IMG/VR virus record: IMGVR_UViG_3300034120_001490
Span: 1-57,049 of that record
DNA from: a virus
Lineage: Duplodnaviria; Caudoviricetes
DNA: 57,049 nucleotides
Direction: 5' to 3' (one strand)
Shown here one piece after another: positions 27,550-35,972 of this stretch. The notes under the pieces were generated by a model, which saw only the letters and a list, made by a program, of their open reading frames with translations, did no database searches and was not told the DNA's origin. Position numbers and translations under genes: made by a program. Each line of letters starts with the position of its first letter. Positions within the stretch are counted from its first letter, which is position 1.

Positions 27550-29592
27550 TTATTCGTAAAAAATTACAATCCCGTTTTCCATCCGCAGTGGGCCGTCCTT
27601 CTCCTTGCTAAGTGCCTGAATTGCCCGGACAACAGATTGGCGACGGATGTCACGCTTGCCCGGTTCGGGCGGTGGTAAAGTATCGCAAGCCTTGCGGATC
27701 AGATCCTCCGCGCGAATAACTGCATCCGCCGGGAACAGGGTCATCACCTCCAGCAGGTGGGTCTCAAGGCGGCCGCGACGCTTCACGCCCTTCTTGTCTT
27801 CGGGGGCCGCCGCCGGTCGGATATCGACCTCGACCGCGACGCAGCTCGTGATGTCGTCACCATCGTCGTCGAGGCCCAGCAGGACGGTCTCCAGCTTGAA
27901 GCCCCAGCGCAAGCCGTCCTCGCCGTCCTTCATCTTCTCGATCACAATCTCCCGGTCGCCGTTATCGTGGCGCAGCACCTCGATCTGCACGTCGGCGGCC
28001 GCCTTGAGACCCGACCAGCCGCGCGAGCCTTTGCTGAGATCCTTGCCGGCGTGGTGGACGACGAGGTTCATGGCACCGGTGGCGTCGTGCAGCAGGTTGA
28101 TGTTGCCCAGCGCCCGGCCCATGTCTTCGCTGGTGTTTTCGTTCGCGCCCGGCGTCACCTGCGCCAGCGTGTCGGTGATGATCAGATCGACCGGGCCGAG
28201 GTTCTTGATCTCGGCAATCACTTCGGAGATGTCGTCCCCGTCCAGAAAGTTCGGCGCGGCCGTGATGACGTGCAAGCCGTGCAGGCCGTGCAGGTCGAAG
28301 TTGTGGTGCTGGGCGTAGGCCTGAGCGCGCTTGCCCAGACCGGAGCCGCCTTCGGCGGCGATGATCACCACCCGCGCCTTGACCGTGCGCCGGGTGCGCC
28401 ACGCGTTGCCGCGCGCGATCGCGAAGGCGAGGTCGAGGGCGACGAATGTCTTGCCGCTGCCCGACGCACCGAACAGGATGCCCAGCTCGGCCTTGGGCAG
28501 CACGCCCTTGATCAGCCAGCCCATGGGCTCGCGCTGGGTCAGGTCGTAGATCGGCACCGGGCCGAAGCGGCCGAGGCTCTTCGTCGGCAGATCAGCCATG
28601 ATCGCCTCGGCCTTGGCCAGCACCTCCTCGCGGCTGGGTGGCTCGGCTGCGCGGTTGGCCTCCTTGGCCATCTTCATCACCGAGGCCATTGTGACTTGCC
28701 GCCGGTTCGATCCCTTGCGCCGCTCAAAGCTGTCCCACTGGCCGCGCATGGCCTCGGTGCTGACATAGGTGTAGCCGTCCTGCGACCATTCGTCCCACAG
28801 CTCGAAGCCGGTGTCGTCGCCGTCGCACTCGTGGTGCAGGGCCATCCCGACCTTGATCCAGTCGTCCCTCCCCATGTTCGGGTCGAGGCTGTTGACCAGC
28901 TCGGCCATGCGCTCGGGCGTCAGGCCCAGTCGCGGTTCGCGGCCGGCCATGAAGTCGTCGGGGTCAACGACGTTGTTGATGAGGGAGCCGCCGAAGCGGC
29001 GTTCGCACAGGTCGATGACGTGCTGGTCAACCCCAGCCACCGTGTTCCCAAGGCCGATCAGCTCACAGCCGGCCACGATGTTGCCGGTGAAGGTCACAAA
29101 GCCACTGGAGCTGAAGGTCTCAAAGCCGTAGCGGTCGGGCGCTACTTTGCTCTTGTGATTGCCCAGATTGCCCTTCAGGGCGGCGCGAATGCCCTTACCG
29201 CTCGGGCTGAACTCGGCATATGTCCGGGCAATGATGCGCTCGATCTCAGTCGGTATTTCACCGTCCGCCCCGACGCAGTTGTCGAAGTCAAGGAAGGTAT
29301 AGCCAAAATCGGGCAGCGGCGCGAAGCCGACGCCCTCGTAGTTCATGCGCGCGGCCGCGTCGCGCGCTGCGGCAAACGTCGTCAGTCGCTCGCGGTCGAT
29401 CGGCGAGCCCTGTTGGCCGTGCCGGATCGTGCCGTTTGTCCAGTATGGCACTTTGCGGGGCTTGATCTCGTCGGGGTACTGCTCGAAGCGCCAGATAAGC
29501 CAGCCGGGGATCAGCCGCAGCTCCGCCGGCACCTCAACGGCGCGGATTTTGGGCGCAATTGCCCTGACGCTGGCCATGTCGTCCTCGCTCAC
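27550..29592 (-). CDS. Primase-polymerase / PriCT-2 / AAA_25 (RepA-like) helicase fusion
   Basis: W..W......K..KVPY, LDFD, E.SPSG.G primpol motifs; RDDWIKVGMALH; GASGSGKT, DTL, VHH.GK..GSRG.S. Confidence 0.9.
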   Translation of the reverse strand: MSEDDMASVRAIAPKIRAVEVPAELRLIPGWLIWRFEQYPDEIKPRKVPYWTNGTIRHGQQGSPIDRERLTTFAAARDAAARMNYEGVGFAPLPDFGYTFLDFDNCVGADGEIPTEIERIIARTYAEFSPSGKGIRAALKGNLGNHKSKVAPDRYGFETFSSSGFVTFTGNIVAGCELIGLGNTVAGVDQHVIDLCERRFGGSLINNVVDPDDFMAGREPRLGLTPERMAELVNSLDPNMGRDDWIKVGMALHHECDGDDTGFELWDEWSQDGYTYVSTEAMRGQWDSFERRKGSNRRQVTMASVMKMAKEANRAAEPPSREEVLAKAEAIMADLPTKSLGRFGPVPIYDLTQREPMGWLIKGVLPKAELGILFGASGSGKTFVALDLAFAIARGNAWRTRRTVKARVVIIAAEGGSGLGKRAQAYAQHHNFDLHGLHGLHVITAAPNFLDGDDISEVIAEIKNLGPVDLIITDTLAQVTPGANENTSEDMGRALGNINLLHDATGAMNLVVHHAGKDLSKGSRGWSGLKAAADVQIEVLRHDNGDREIVIEKMKDGEDGLRWGFKLETVLLGLDDDGDDITSCVAVEVDIRPAAAPEDKKGVKRRGRLETHLLEVMTLFPADAVIRAEDLIRKACDTLPPPEPGKRDIRRQSVVRAIQALSKEKDGPLRMENGIVIFYE

Positions 29593-31199
29593 AGCAGTGA
29601 AATTAAATCGTCGACGATCTGGATGCGCTCGCCTATCCAGCGCATCACCGGCACCGCCATGCTGTTGCCCAGCGCCTTGTAGCGCGGGCCGTCAGGACAA
29701 TGCTCTGGCCCTTTCTTCTTCCACGGGATGCCGGTGAAGTTGTCGGGGAAGCCCTGAAGCCGTTCGCACTCCACCGGGGTCAGGCGGCGGACGGCGGATG
29801 CAATCGCTACAGATGCGTGATGCCGACGCGTTAAAGTTGGATTGACGCCGCTTGTGTCTGGAGTTGCAAAAGACATATTAGCTTCAAACGCCACCGCAGG
29901 TGGATGCGCGCCCGCCGCCAGTGGGTGGCACGGATCGCCGGATTGCGGGTTGCTGTAGTTGTGCGGGCTGCTGATCTGGGTGGTGTCAAACGGCGTGACA
30001 ACGAAGTCGCCGCCCTGATTGCCACTCACTGGGCCTCCCGCCATGATCGGCTGCGCCACCTCAGTCTCGCGGGCCTTGTAGTCCTTGCCGCTGTTCATCG
30101 GCATGATGGAGTAGGCCACGGCTGGCATATTGCCGCCGCCGTCTCCACCCTTGCGGATAGTCGGGCAGATGTTGTCGCCTGCGTCAGCTCCGTGGTCGCC
30201 TTTGCTGAAGGCAATGTAACTCGTCTGCTTCATTTCCGGCTGCGCGGCCAGCGCGCCAACGATCTGCCCATCGCCGCCGACCAGACGCACTTCATCGCGT
30301 GTGTTCTGGGCAAAGGCCACGTACGCCTTTGTGTCCGGCGCGTGATGCGATTCGCTCTGCGTGTTCAAAGCAGGGCTGACCACCGGCACAATGTGGTCGA
30401 AGTCGCCTTGCACACCGCCCTCGCCGGGGCGCTTGGTGCGGAGTGTGCCAACGCTGTCAGGCACGAATAGCGGGCAGCCTGCGTTGACGTGCTGGTTGTT
30501 CTGTCCCCACTTGCTGGCGAAGTCAGTGTCAAGGGTGCAGGCTAAGTTTGCGGGCCAGTCTACAGTAGGTCGCTCCCCTCCGGCATCGCCACGCTCTCCA
30601 GCGCCCGCTGCAGCGCCGCTGGCAGCGTCTTGCCGCGCTTCTCGGCTCGGCGCAGGATGCCCTGACATGCTGTGGCGCTCAAAAAGAACCGCTGCGGCAG
30701 GTCGCCAGTCTCCAAGGTATCCGACAACGAACACACGACGGCGGCGCTGGGCCACTCCGAAGTACTGAGCGTCAAGCACTCGGTACGCGAGGCCATACCC
30801 GAGCTCTTCCAGCGCCCCGAGGATGGAACCAAAGTCCCGTCCTCCTCCCGATGACAGGACGCCGGGGACATTTTCCCAGACAATCCAACGAGGCTGCTCA
30901 CGCTGAGCAAGTCTACAAAACTCGAGGGCGAGGTTACCACGCTGATCGTCCAATCCACCTCGGAGACCGGCGACACTGAAGGATTGGCAGGGTGTGCCGC
31001 CAACAAGGAGGTCGATTTTGCCATACTGGTTCTTCTCAATTGTCGTGAAGTCGCCGTGCAGCGGGACTTCAGGATAGTGATGGGACAGCACTGCACGGGG
31101 GAACGCCTCAATCTCCGAAAAGAAGGCGGGTTCCCAAGCCATGTGGTGCCACGCGGCTGTCGCGGCCTCAATGCCGCTGCAAACGGATCCGTAACGCAT
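29589..31199 (-). CDS. DNA cytosine-C5 methyltransferase with a long modular variable region
   Basis: SVCSGIEA motif I, GG.PCQ motif IV, ENV motif VI, Q.R.R motif VIII, RRLTP.ECERLQGFP motif IX, LGNSM motif X. Confidence 0.93.
   Translation of the reverse strand: MRYGSVCSGIEAATAAWHHMAWEPAFFSEIEAFPRAVLSHHYPEVPLHGDFTTIEKNQYGKIDLLVGGTPCQSFSVAGLRGGLDDQRGNLALEFCRLAQREQPRWIVWENVPGVLSSGGGRDFGSILGALEELGYGLAYRVLDAQYFGVAQRRRRVFVVGYLGDWRPAAAVLFERHSMSGHPAPSREARQDAASGAAAGAGERGDAGGERPTVDWPANLACTLDTDFASKWGQNNQHVNAGCPLFVPDSVGTLRTKRPGEGGVQGDFDHIVPVVSPALNTQSESHHAPDTKAYVAFAQNTRDEVRLVGGDGQIVGALAAQPEMKQTSYIAFSKGDHGADAGDNICPTIRKGGDGGGNMPAVAYSIMPMNSGKDYKARETEVAQPIMAGGPVSGNQGGDFVVTPFDTTQISSPHNYSNPQSGDPCHPLAAGAHPPAVAFEANMSFATPDTSGVNPTLTRRHHASVAIASAVRRLTPVECERLQGFPDNFTGIPWKKKGPEHCPDGPRYKALGNSMAVPVMRWIGERIQIVDDLISLL
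30560..31024 (-). CDS. Alternative-frame ORF nested in the methyltransferase (possible second subunit)
   Basis: SLSDTLETG..PQRFFLS..ACQGILRRAEKRGKTLP..L..AL; relaxed GC3 in the host frame; start uncertain (31171, 31024 or 30871). Confidence 0.6.
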   Translation of the reverse strand: MAKSTSLLAAHPANPSVSPVSEVDWTISVVTSPSSFVDLLSVSSLVGLSGKMSPASCHREEDGTLVPSSGRWKSSGMASRTECLTLSTSEWPSAAVVCSLSDTLETGDLPQRFFLSATACQGILRRAEKRGKTLPAALQRALESVAMPEGSDLL

Positions 31200-31213
31200 G
31201 TGGTGTGTTCCTG

Positions 31214-31453
31214 TTACAGCAGGTCGGCGCTGGCACTCGGGGCAGCAAGCGCGCGGACGAGGTCGGGGCTCATCAGGTCATCGCGCGGGACGCCGTAGGC
31301 GGCCTCGATCACGACGGCCTTCTCCACCGGCACCCAGCCTCTGCGCTTCCACGCGTAGACCGCCTGATGCGACACGCCCATGCTTTTTGCGAAGCGGACG
31401 ATGCCGCCGCCCTTGGCGATGGCGAGATTGATGGCGTCAATTCGGTTTGTCAT
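31214..31453 (-). CDS. Cro/YdaS-like HTH regulator
   Basis: GG...FAK.MGVS.QAV..W...G.VP...A..IE...GV...DL.PD. Confidence 0.85.
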   Translation of the reverse strand: MTNRIDAINLAIAKGGGIVRFAKSMGVSHQAVYAWKRRGWVPVEKAVVIEAAYGVPRDDLMSPDLVRALAAPSASADLL

Positions 31454-31623
31454 GCGTCTTCCAGTTTGTTGATCTCGTGACGGAAGCGCTCATCCCGGAT
31501 GCCCCAGATGTGCGTCTCCTGCATGTATTGCGACTTGAGCTTGACCAGCCGGTCGTTGACGGCGTCCAGCTCGGCCTGCAGCCGATCGCGCTGGGCGAAG
31601 GCCTCGCGTGCCTCGGCGATCAT
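31450..31623 (-). CDS. Small coiled-coil protein
   Basis: ATG 31623; coupled on both sides. Confidence 0.65.
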   Translation of the reverse strand: MIAEAREAFAQRDRLQAELDAVNDRLVKLKSQYMQETHIWGIRDERFRHEINKLEDA

Positions 31624-31877
31624 TTCCGCACTCCCTTCGGGCCGAGGCGGCCGGTCTTCGGGTCGCGGAAGTGCGCCTGCTTGAGGGTGTCCTCCAGACG
31701 CTCGATCTTGGAGCGCAGGACGCGGATGACGAGGCCGTCCGTTGCGGAGTTGGACGCCTTGCGCTCGGTCTCGCCGAGCTTGACGTACAGGGCCTCGATC
31801 TCGCGCTTCTGACTGGCTACGAGCCAGCGGGCCTCGCGCAGCGCGCCCCAAGGGTTGAGGATATCGCAGATGCTCAT
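31620..31877 (-). CDS. Small early protein
   Basis: ATG 31877 after the conserved leader; C-terminal RDPKTGR. Confidence 0.75.
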   Translation of the reverse strand: MSICDILNPWGALREARWLVASQKREIEALYVKLGETERKASNSATDGLVIRVLRSKIERLEDTLKQAHFRDPKTGRLGPKGVRK

Positions 31878-31880
31878 GTC

Positions 31881-31937
31881 GGTCTCTCCGTTTGCTGATG
31901 GGCCTGTTGTTGTGGCAGATGCAATCGCCGATTGCAA
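31881..31937 (-). promoter_or_regulatory. Early promoter/operator and leader D
   Basis: Sense: TTGCAA-tcggcga-TTGCA ... ATCAGCAAAC GGAGAGACC gac ATG. Confidence 0.75.
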
Positions 31938-31996
31938 TAGACATTTTTAAGTAACAATTTTTGTGCTAAGGGCGCGAGCGAGCCTTTTTCAAAGGG

Positions 31997-33019
31997 ATGT
32001 TTATGGCCGCGCGCAAAGACACGATCCCCGACGAAGTTTTGATAGACGCGTGGGAGCGATGTAACTTCTCCCCGGCCGCCGTCGCTCGAGAGCTCGGCAC
32101 CTCCGAGCGCAACATCTACGCCCGGCGCAACGCCCTGACCGCCAAGGGCATCGATCTGCCCACCGTCAAGGCGTCCACGTCCCCTATAACCCGTTCAACG
32201 TACAAAAAGGTGATCAACTGCGAGATGCGCGACGGCGTCGTCGTGGTCGGATCCGACGCGCATATCTGGCCCGGCCCCGACACCACCGCCATGAAGGCCC
32301 TGCTGTTGGTGACCGCCGACCTCGGCAAGGCCGTGCGTATGCTGATCGCCAACGGCGACTGGCTGGACGGCGCGAGCACCAACCGGCACGACCCGTTCGG
32401 CTGGCAGCACCGGCCGACAGTCAAGGAGGAGCTGGACTGCGTCACTGACGCACTGCACCGCTGGCGCATGGCGGCCAAGCCGGCGCGCACGGGCGTGCGG
32501 TCGATATACACGGTCGGCAACCACGAGATGAACTTCGAGCGCCGCCTCGCGACGCAGGTGCCGATGTTCGAGGGGGTGCCGGGAATGCGCCTCGCCGAGC
32601 ACTTCCCAGAATGGGACTTGACGTGGTCGTGCTGGCTCAATCGCGCCAGCAGCCACCCGGTCATGGTCAAGCACCGGCAGGCGAACGGCGTGCATAGCGC
32701 CTACAACAACACGCTGAAGAGCGGCGTCAGCATGCTGACCGGCCACACGCACATCCTTGAGGTCAAGCCTTGGGGCGACTATCGCGGCCGCCGGTGGGGC
32801 GTGCAGACCGGCTGTCTGGCCGAGCCCACCGGGCCCCAGTTCGAGTACGCCGAGAACGGCTACAGCCCGGCCTGCGCCGGCTTCGCCGTGCTCACCTTCA
32901 AGGACGGGCGGCTGCTGCCGCCAGAGATCTGCGAGGTGATCGAGGGTCGCGCGATGTGGCGCGGGCAGGTGGTCGTGGACGACCACGCAGACTATCTGGC
33001 TGAGCAGGAGGTGTCATGA
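31997..33019 (+). CDS. Calcineurin-like metallophosphoesterase with N-terminal HTH-like segment
   Basis: SDAH, NGD.LD, GNHE and GHTH motifs; VARELG.SER.IY.R. Confidence 0.88.
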   Translation: MFMAARKDTIPDEVLIDAWERCNFSPAAVARELGTSERNIYARRNALTAKGIDLPTVKASTSPITRSTYKKVINCEMRDGVVVVGSDAHIWPGPDTTAMKALLLVTADLGKAVRMLIANGDWLDGASTNRHDPFGWQHRPTVKEELDCVTDALHRWRMAAKPARTGVRSIYTVGNHEMNFERRLATQVPMFEGVPGMRLAEHFPEWDLTWSCWLNRASSHPVMVKHRQANGVHSAYNNTLKSGVSMLTGHTHILEVKPWGDYRGRRWGVQTGCLAEPTGPQFEYAENGYSPACAGFAVLTFKDGRLLPPEICEVIEGRAMWRGQVVVDDHADYLAEQEVS

Positions 33020-33183
33020 AGAAGGCGCAAGAGGCGTTGGAGAAGCTGCACGTCGCGCTGGAGGCGCGGGACGTGGCCGTGGGCCGGGCCGTCGAGGCCG
33101 TCTACGCCCAGTTCGCGTCGATCATCGCCCGGCGCGAGCGGGAGTATGATGACGCCCTGCGCGCCGCTAAGGCACCGGAATAA
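33016..33183 (+). CDS. 55-aa helical protein
   Basis: AGGAGG RBS, ATGA coupling: MKKAQEALEKLHVALEARD... Confidence 0.7.
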   Translation: MKKAQEALEKLHVALEARDVAVGRAVEAVYAQFASIIARREREYDDALRAAKAPE

Positions 33184-33574
33184 ACGCCTCGATCGGGATC
33201 AGCACCACGCGCTCGATGTCGCGGCTGTCGCCCCGGTCTGAGCGGCCGCCGGTGGTGACGGTGTGCTCGACGGGGAGCTGCACGACGCCCAGTTGATCCG
33301 TCCACTGCACCGCCAGTAGGGCGTTGGCGTCCACCTCGCAGAGCGCGTTGTACTTGCCCGCGCTCAGCATGTACGTGTCGTACTTGGCACGCGCGTTGCG
33401 GCGCACCTTGATCTCCACGACGCAGGGCCGGTGCGTGAAGCGGAAGACGGCGTCGTACGGCGCGAAGCGGTCTTGGGGCGCAGTGGCCGTCAGACCGAAG
33501 GCGCGCTCCAGCTTGGCCACGACGCTGGCCTGATTGCTGCGATCGGCGTCGCTCTCGTAGATGGGTCTAGTCAC
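33167..33574 (-). CDS. PD-(D/E)xK nuclease-like protein
   Basis: E......, PYD..., VEIK.R motif. Confidence 0.65.
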   Translation of the reverse strand: MTRPIYESDADRSNQASVVAKLERAFGLTATAPQDRFAPYDAVFRFTHRPCVVEIKVRRNARAKYDTYMLSAGKYNALCEVDANALLAVQWTDQLGVVQLPVEHTVTTGGRSDRGDSRDIERVVLIPIEAFIPVP

Positions 33575-33801
33575 GGCTGCACCCTCCCGGCGGTGGCCAT
33601 CAGGTGCAAGATCCTATTGCCGCCGCCCCTGTCCTCGTACACCTCGACGCGCGCCTTGCCGTCTTGAGCATAGATGCGGTGGTAGTGGCCAGCCTCGCGC
33701 ATGGCGTCGTCGAAGTTGACGCATTGGCCGCCCGCGACCGGCGGCTGCTGGCCCGGTGGCTGCGTCACCTCAAAGGTGTAGCGTCCTGCGACTGTGGTCA
33801 T
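33571..33801 (-). CDS. Hypothetical early protein
   Basis: Coupled ORF with GC3 bias. Confidence 0.65.
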   Translation of the reverse strand: MTTVAGRYTFEVTQPPGQQPPVAGGQCVNFDDAMREAGHYHRIYAQDGKARVEVYEDRGGGNRILHLMATAGRVQP

Positions 33802-34196
33802 GCCGGTTGCCCTTGTCTCAGGTTGGCGTAGGCCCGCGCCTTGCCGTTGGCGCGGGCAGCCTCGTAGACGGTCGGCCGGTGCGCCTTGAGCGCCGCCGTG
33901 CAGCGCGCCACTGAGCCCCAGCCGAGGTCGTGGGCCAACTCGCTGATCGTCCGGTTGCCGATGTCGTAACCGTTCTGCGGCAGCGTCGGCATGGTGCCGG
34001 GTGGCCGGGGCGGGTTGGTGCTGCGGGGTGGCGCTTCAGCCTCCTGCGCGGCGCGCTGGGCGGCTTGCACCTGCGTCTGGTAGGACGCCTGCCGCACCTG
34101 CGCCAGCAGCCGCTCAGTGACCTGCACAGGCTCGCGTCGGCCGTCGGCAAAGAGCCAGTAGAAGCGACGATTGTGGATGATGGGTCTGCGTGTCAT
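33798..34196 (-). CDS. Hypothetical early protein with possible HTH
   Basis: Coupled ORF; TISELAHDLGW.S segment. Confidence 0.65.
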   Translation of the reverse strand: MTRRPIIHNRRFYWLFADGRREPVQVTERLLAQVRQASYQTQVQAAQRAAQEAEAPPRSTNPPRPPGTMPTLPQNGYDIGNRTISELAHDLGWGSVARCTAALKAHRPTVYEAARANGKARAYANLRQGQPA

Positions 34197-34522
34197 GCGT
34201 CATCCTCTTCGGGATCGTGGCCGTACCGCTCGCGATAGACCTTCAGACCGAACAGCAGAAACTGCGTGAGGTCGGGCGGCTCTTCATTGCGCTCATCAAA
34301 GAACTCGGCGTAGGGAATGCGATAGGTGTAATGTTCGCCGTCTTCGGCGAAGGCGTCCTCAAGGAAGACGACGATGTGGCCGTCCATGAGATAGATTTCG
34401 AGGCGCTGCTTACGCAGCCACCGCGAGACGGCTTTGTTGATGAGCGTCTCAACACTATCGAGATCAAAGTGGAAATCGATGTCGCCCTTAGTCGTCTTGG
34501 GATCGGGATTAACGTATGTCAT
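34193..34522 (-). CDS. Acidic hypothetical early protein
   Basis: AAGGAG RBS; coupled ORF. Confidence 0.7.
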   Translation of the reverse strand: MTYVNPDPKTTKGDIDFHFDLDSVETLINKAVSRWLRKQRLEIYLMDGHIVVFLEDAFAEDGEHYTYRIPYAEFFDERNEEPPDLTQFLLFGLKVYRERYGHDPEEDDA

Positions 34523-34536
34523 AGCTCAGTGCTCCT

Positions 34537-34653
34537 TTACCAGTCGATGTCCTCGAGATCTTGCGGGGTGGTGGGCGGCCGCCGGACGATGATCCAGACG
34601 GCCGTGGCCATGAGGGCGAGGATGGCTATAGCCAACCAGTTGTCGCCCGTCAC
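34537..34653 (-). CDS. 38-aa single-TM protein
   Basis: GTG 34653: ..NWLAIAILALMATAVWIIVRR..; GTGA coupling. Confidence 0.55.
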   Translation of the reverse strand: MTGDNWLAIAILALMATAVWIIVRRPPTTPQDLEDIDW

Positions 34654-34847
34654 CGGCTTGCTGGCTCCAGTGCCCAGACGTGCGCGCAGCGCTCGCCTGC
34701 GGGCGTGTCCACCAGCAGCATCTGGCGCTCCTGACAGTATGCCTCGGCGCGCTGGTGGGCCTTCTCCTCCCATGCGGATGCCCACAGCAGCAGGCCGACG
34801 CAGGTGAGGAGGAGGCAGGTTAAGCCGATCAGTGTGCGGTCAGTCAT
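34650..34847 (-). CDS. Small membrane-anchored protein
   Basis: ATG 34847 with AGGAGA RBS; N-terminal TM. Confidence 0.65.
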   Translation of the reverse strand: MTDRTLIGLTCLLLTCVGLLLWASAWEEKAHQRAEAYCQERQMLLVDTPAGERCAHVWALEPASR

Positions 34848-35167
34848 TGGTGTTCTCCTGTTGCAGAGGCGATGAGATCGGTCACGGCCGTCAGCAGCCA
34901 CATGGCCTCGTTCGCCTCGGGCTGGCCGTCGTCGCCGTCGATCACGTCGGCGTAGCAGTCGAGGTAGTCGGCGACCTCCTGCAGCATGGCGAGCATGTCG
35001 GGGGCGGCGGCGATCAGGCGGGCGTTGGCCTGCTGCTCCTCGATCGGGGGCGCACGGTGCCCCTGCTCGAACAGGTCAGGGTTGGTGCTGCAGATGTCAG
35101 CGTGGTCGTCGTCGTCCACCTCTACCATGCGGCAGACGGCGAACCATGGGCCGGGTGTGTGCTTCAT
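34844..35167 (-). CDS. Phage HTPGPW...ANARLIAAAP family protein
   Basis: MKHTPGPW ... ANARLIAAAPDML motif common in phage early genes. Confidence 0.8.
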   Translation of the reverse strand: MKHTPGPWFAVCRMVEVDDDDHADICSTNPDLFEQGHRAPPIEEQQANARLIAAAPDMLAMLQEVADYLDCYADVIDGDDGQPEANEAMWLLTAVTDLIASATGEHQ

Positions 35168-35418
35168 TTGATCTGCTCCTTGATGTTGACGGCCTCGGCG
35201 ACAAGCTCGGCCGCGATGGTGTGGATCGCCTTGAGGCGGGTGTAGTGCGCGTCCCGATCGGCCACGCACTGGTCGTTGTCGCCGGGGTAGTCCCGGCCGT
35301 TGGGCGTCACCTGCTGCAGCGCCTTGATGGCGGCCTGCAGGGCGTCGTAGGCGGCGATGCGCGGGTGGGTGAGGTCGGTCAGGCTGCTGCCGTTGATGTT
35401 GAGCGTGGGGCGGATCAT
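35164..35418 (-). CDS. Hypothetical early protein
   Basis: ATG 35418, GGAGG RBS; P.LN.NG.S ... PNGRDY. Confidence 0.7.
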   Translation of the reverse strand: MIRPTLNINGSSLTDLTHPRIAAYDALQAAIKALQQVTPNGRDYPGDNDQCVADRDAHYTRLKAIHTIAAELVAEAVNIKEQIK

Positions 35419-35419
35419 G

Positions 35420-35650
35420 TCAGTAGCCCTCCGCCTGCAGCTCACGCTTCACAGCGTTGAGGGCGTAGACCTCGGACAGGCTGCGGAGCAGCAGGGTCTT
35501 GTCGCCGGAGTGATCGAAGAAGGCGCGGGCGGTCATGACGCGGTCAACGGCCGCGAGCAGGTGGCGCTGCAGGATACGCACCTGCCGGCCCTTGAGGCGC
35601 TTGAAGCTGCGGTGGGCCTTGTCGGCGTCGATGTTGCGGTAGGCGGTCAC
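35420..35650 (-). CDS. Hypothetical early protein
   Basis: GTG 35650 after leader E. Confidence 0.7.
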   Translation of the reverse strand: MTAYRNIDADKAHRSFKRLKGRQVRILQRHLLAAVDRVMTARAFFDHSGDKTLLLRSLSEVYALNAVKRELQAEGY

Positions 35651-35673
35651 TGGGTGTCTCCTTGGTTGCTGAT
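35651..35673 (-). promoter_or_regulatory. Leader E (no promoter box; intercistronic)
   Basis: Sense: ATCAGCAAC caa GGAGACACCCA GTG, directly after the upstream stop. Confidence 0.7.
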
Positions 35674-35900
35674 TAGGCTTCGATGTGGTTGCCGTTGATG
35701 TAAGCACCGTCGGTGTAGATGGCGGCGACGGGCGTGCCGTTACGCGAGCGCAGCAGCCACGCGCTCTCGTCTTCGTCCCAGTGCACGTCGACCGCGCCAG
35801 CGGCGACAGCCACCGCGACGAAGTCCGCGTCGAAGATGCACTCGCGGCCGCAGGTGACTTCGGCGATGTGGCTTTCGATGTCGGCGATCAGTTTGGTCAT
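35673..35900 (-). CDS. Acidic hypothetical early protein
   Basis: ATG 35900 after leader F. Confidence 0.75.
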   Translation of the reverse strand: MTKLIADIESHIAEVTCGRECIFDADFVAVAVAAGAVDVHWDEDESAWLLRSRNGTPVAAIYTDGAYINGNHIEA

Positions 35901-35962
35901 TGGGTGTCTCCGGTTGGTCGTTGCTGATGACCTCTTCTCTCATAACCAACGTGAGGTTGCAA
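35901..35962 (-). promoter_or_regulatory. Early promoter/operator and leader F
   Basis: Sense: TTGCAA-cctcacg-TTG..GAGAAG ... ATCAGCAAC gaccaacc GGAGACACCCA ATG. Confidence 0.75.
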
Positions 35963-35972
35963 TAGCCTAATT

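Noticed and set aside
34848-34865. Partial leader matches before 34847 (GCAACAGGAGA) and before the methylase (GTAACAGGAAC)
   Set aside because: They lack the ATCA block and the promoter box; too short to count as regulon members.
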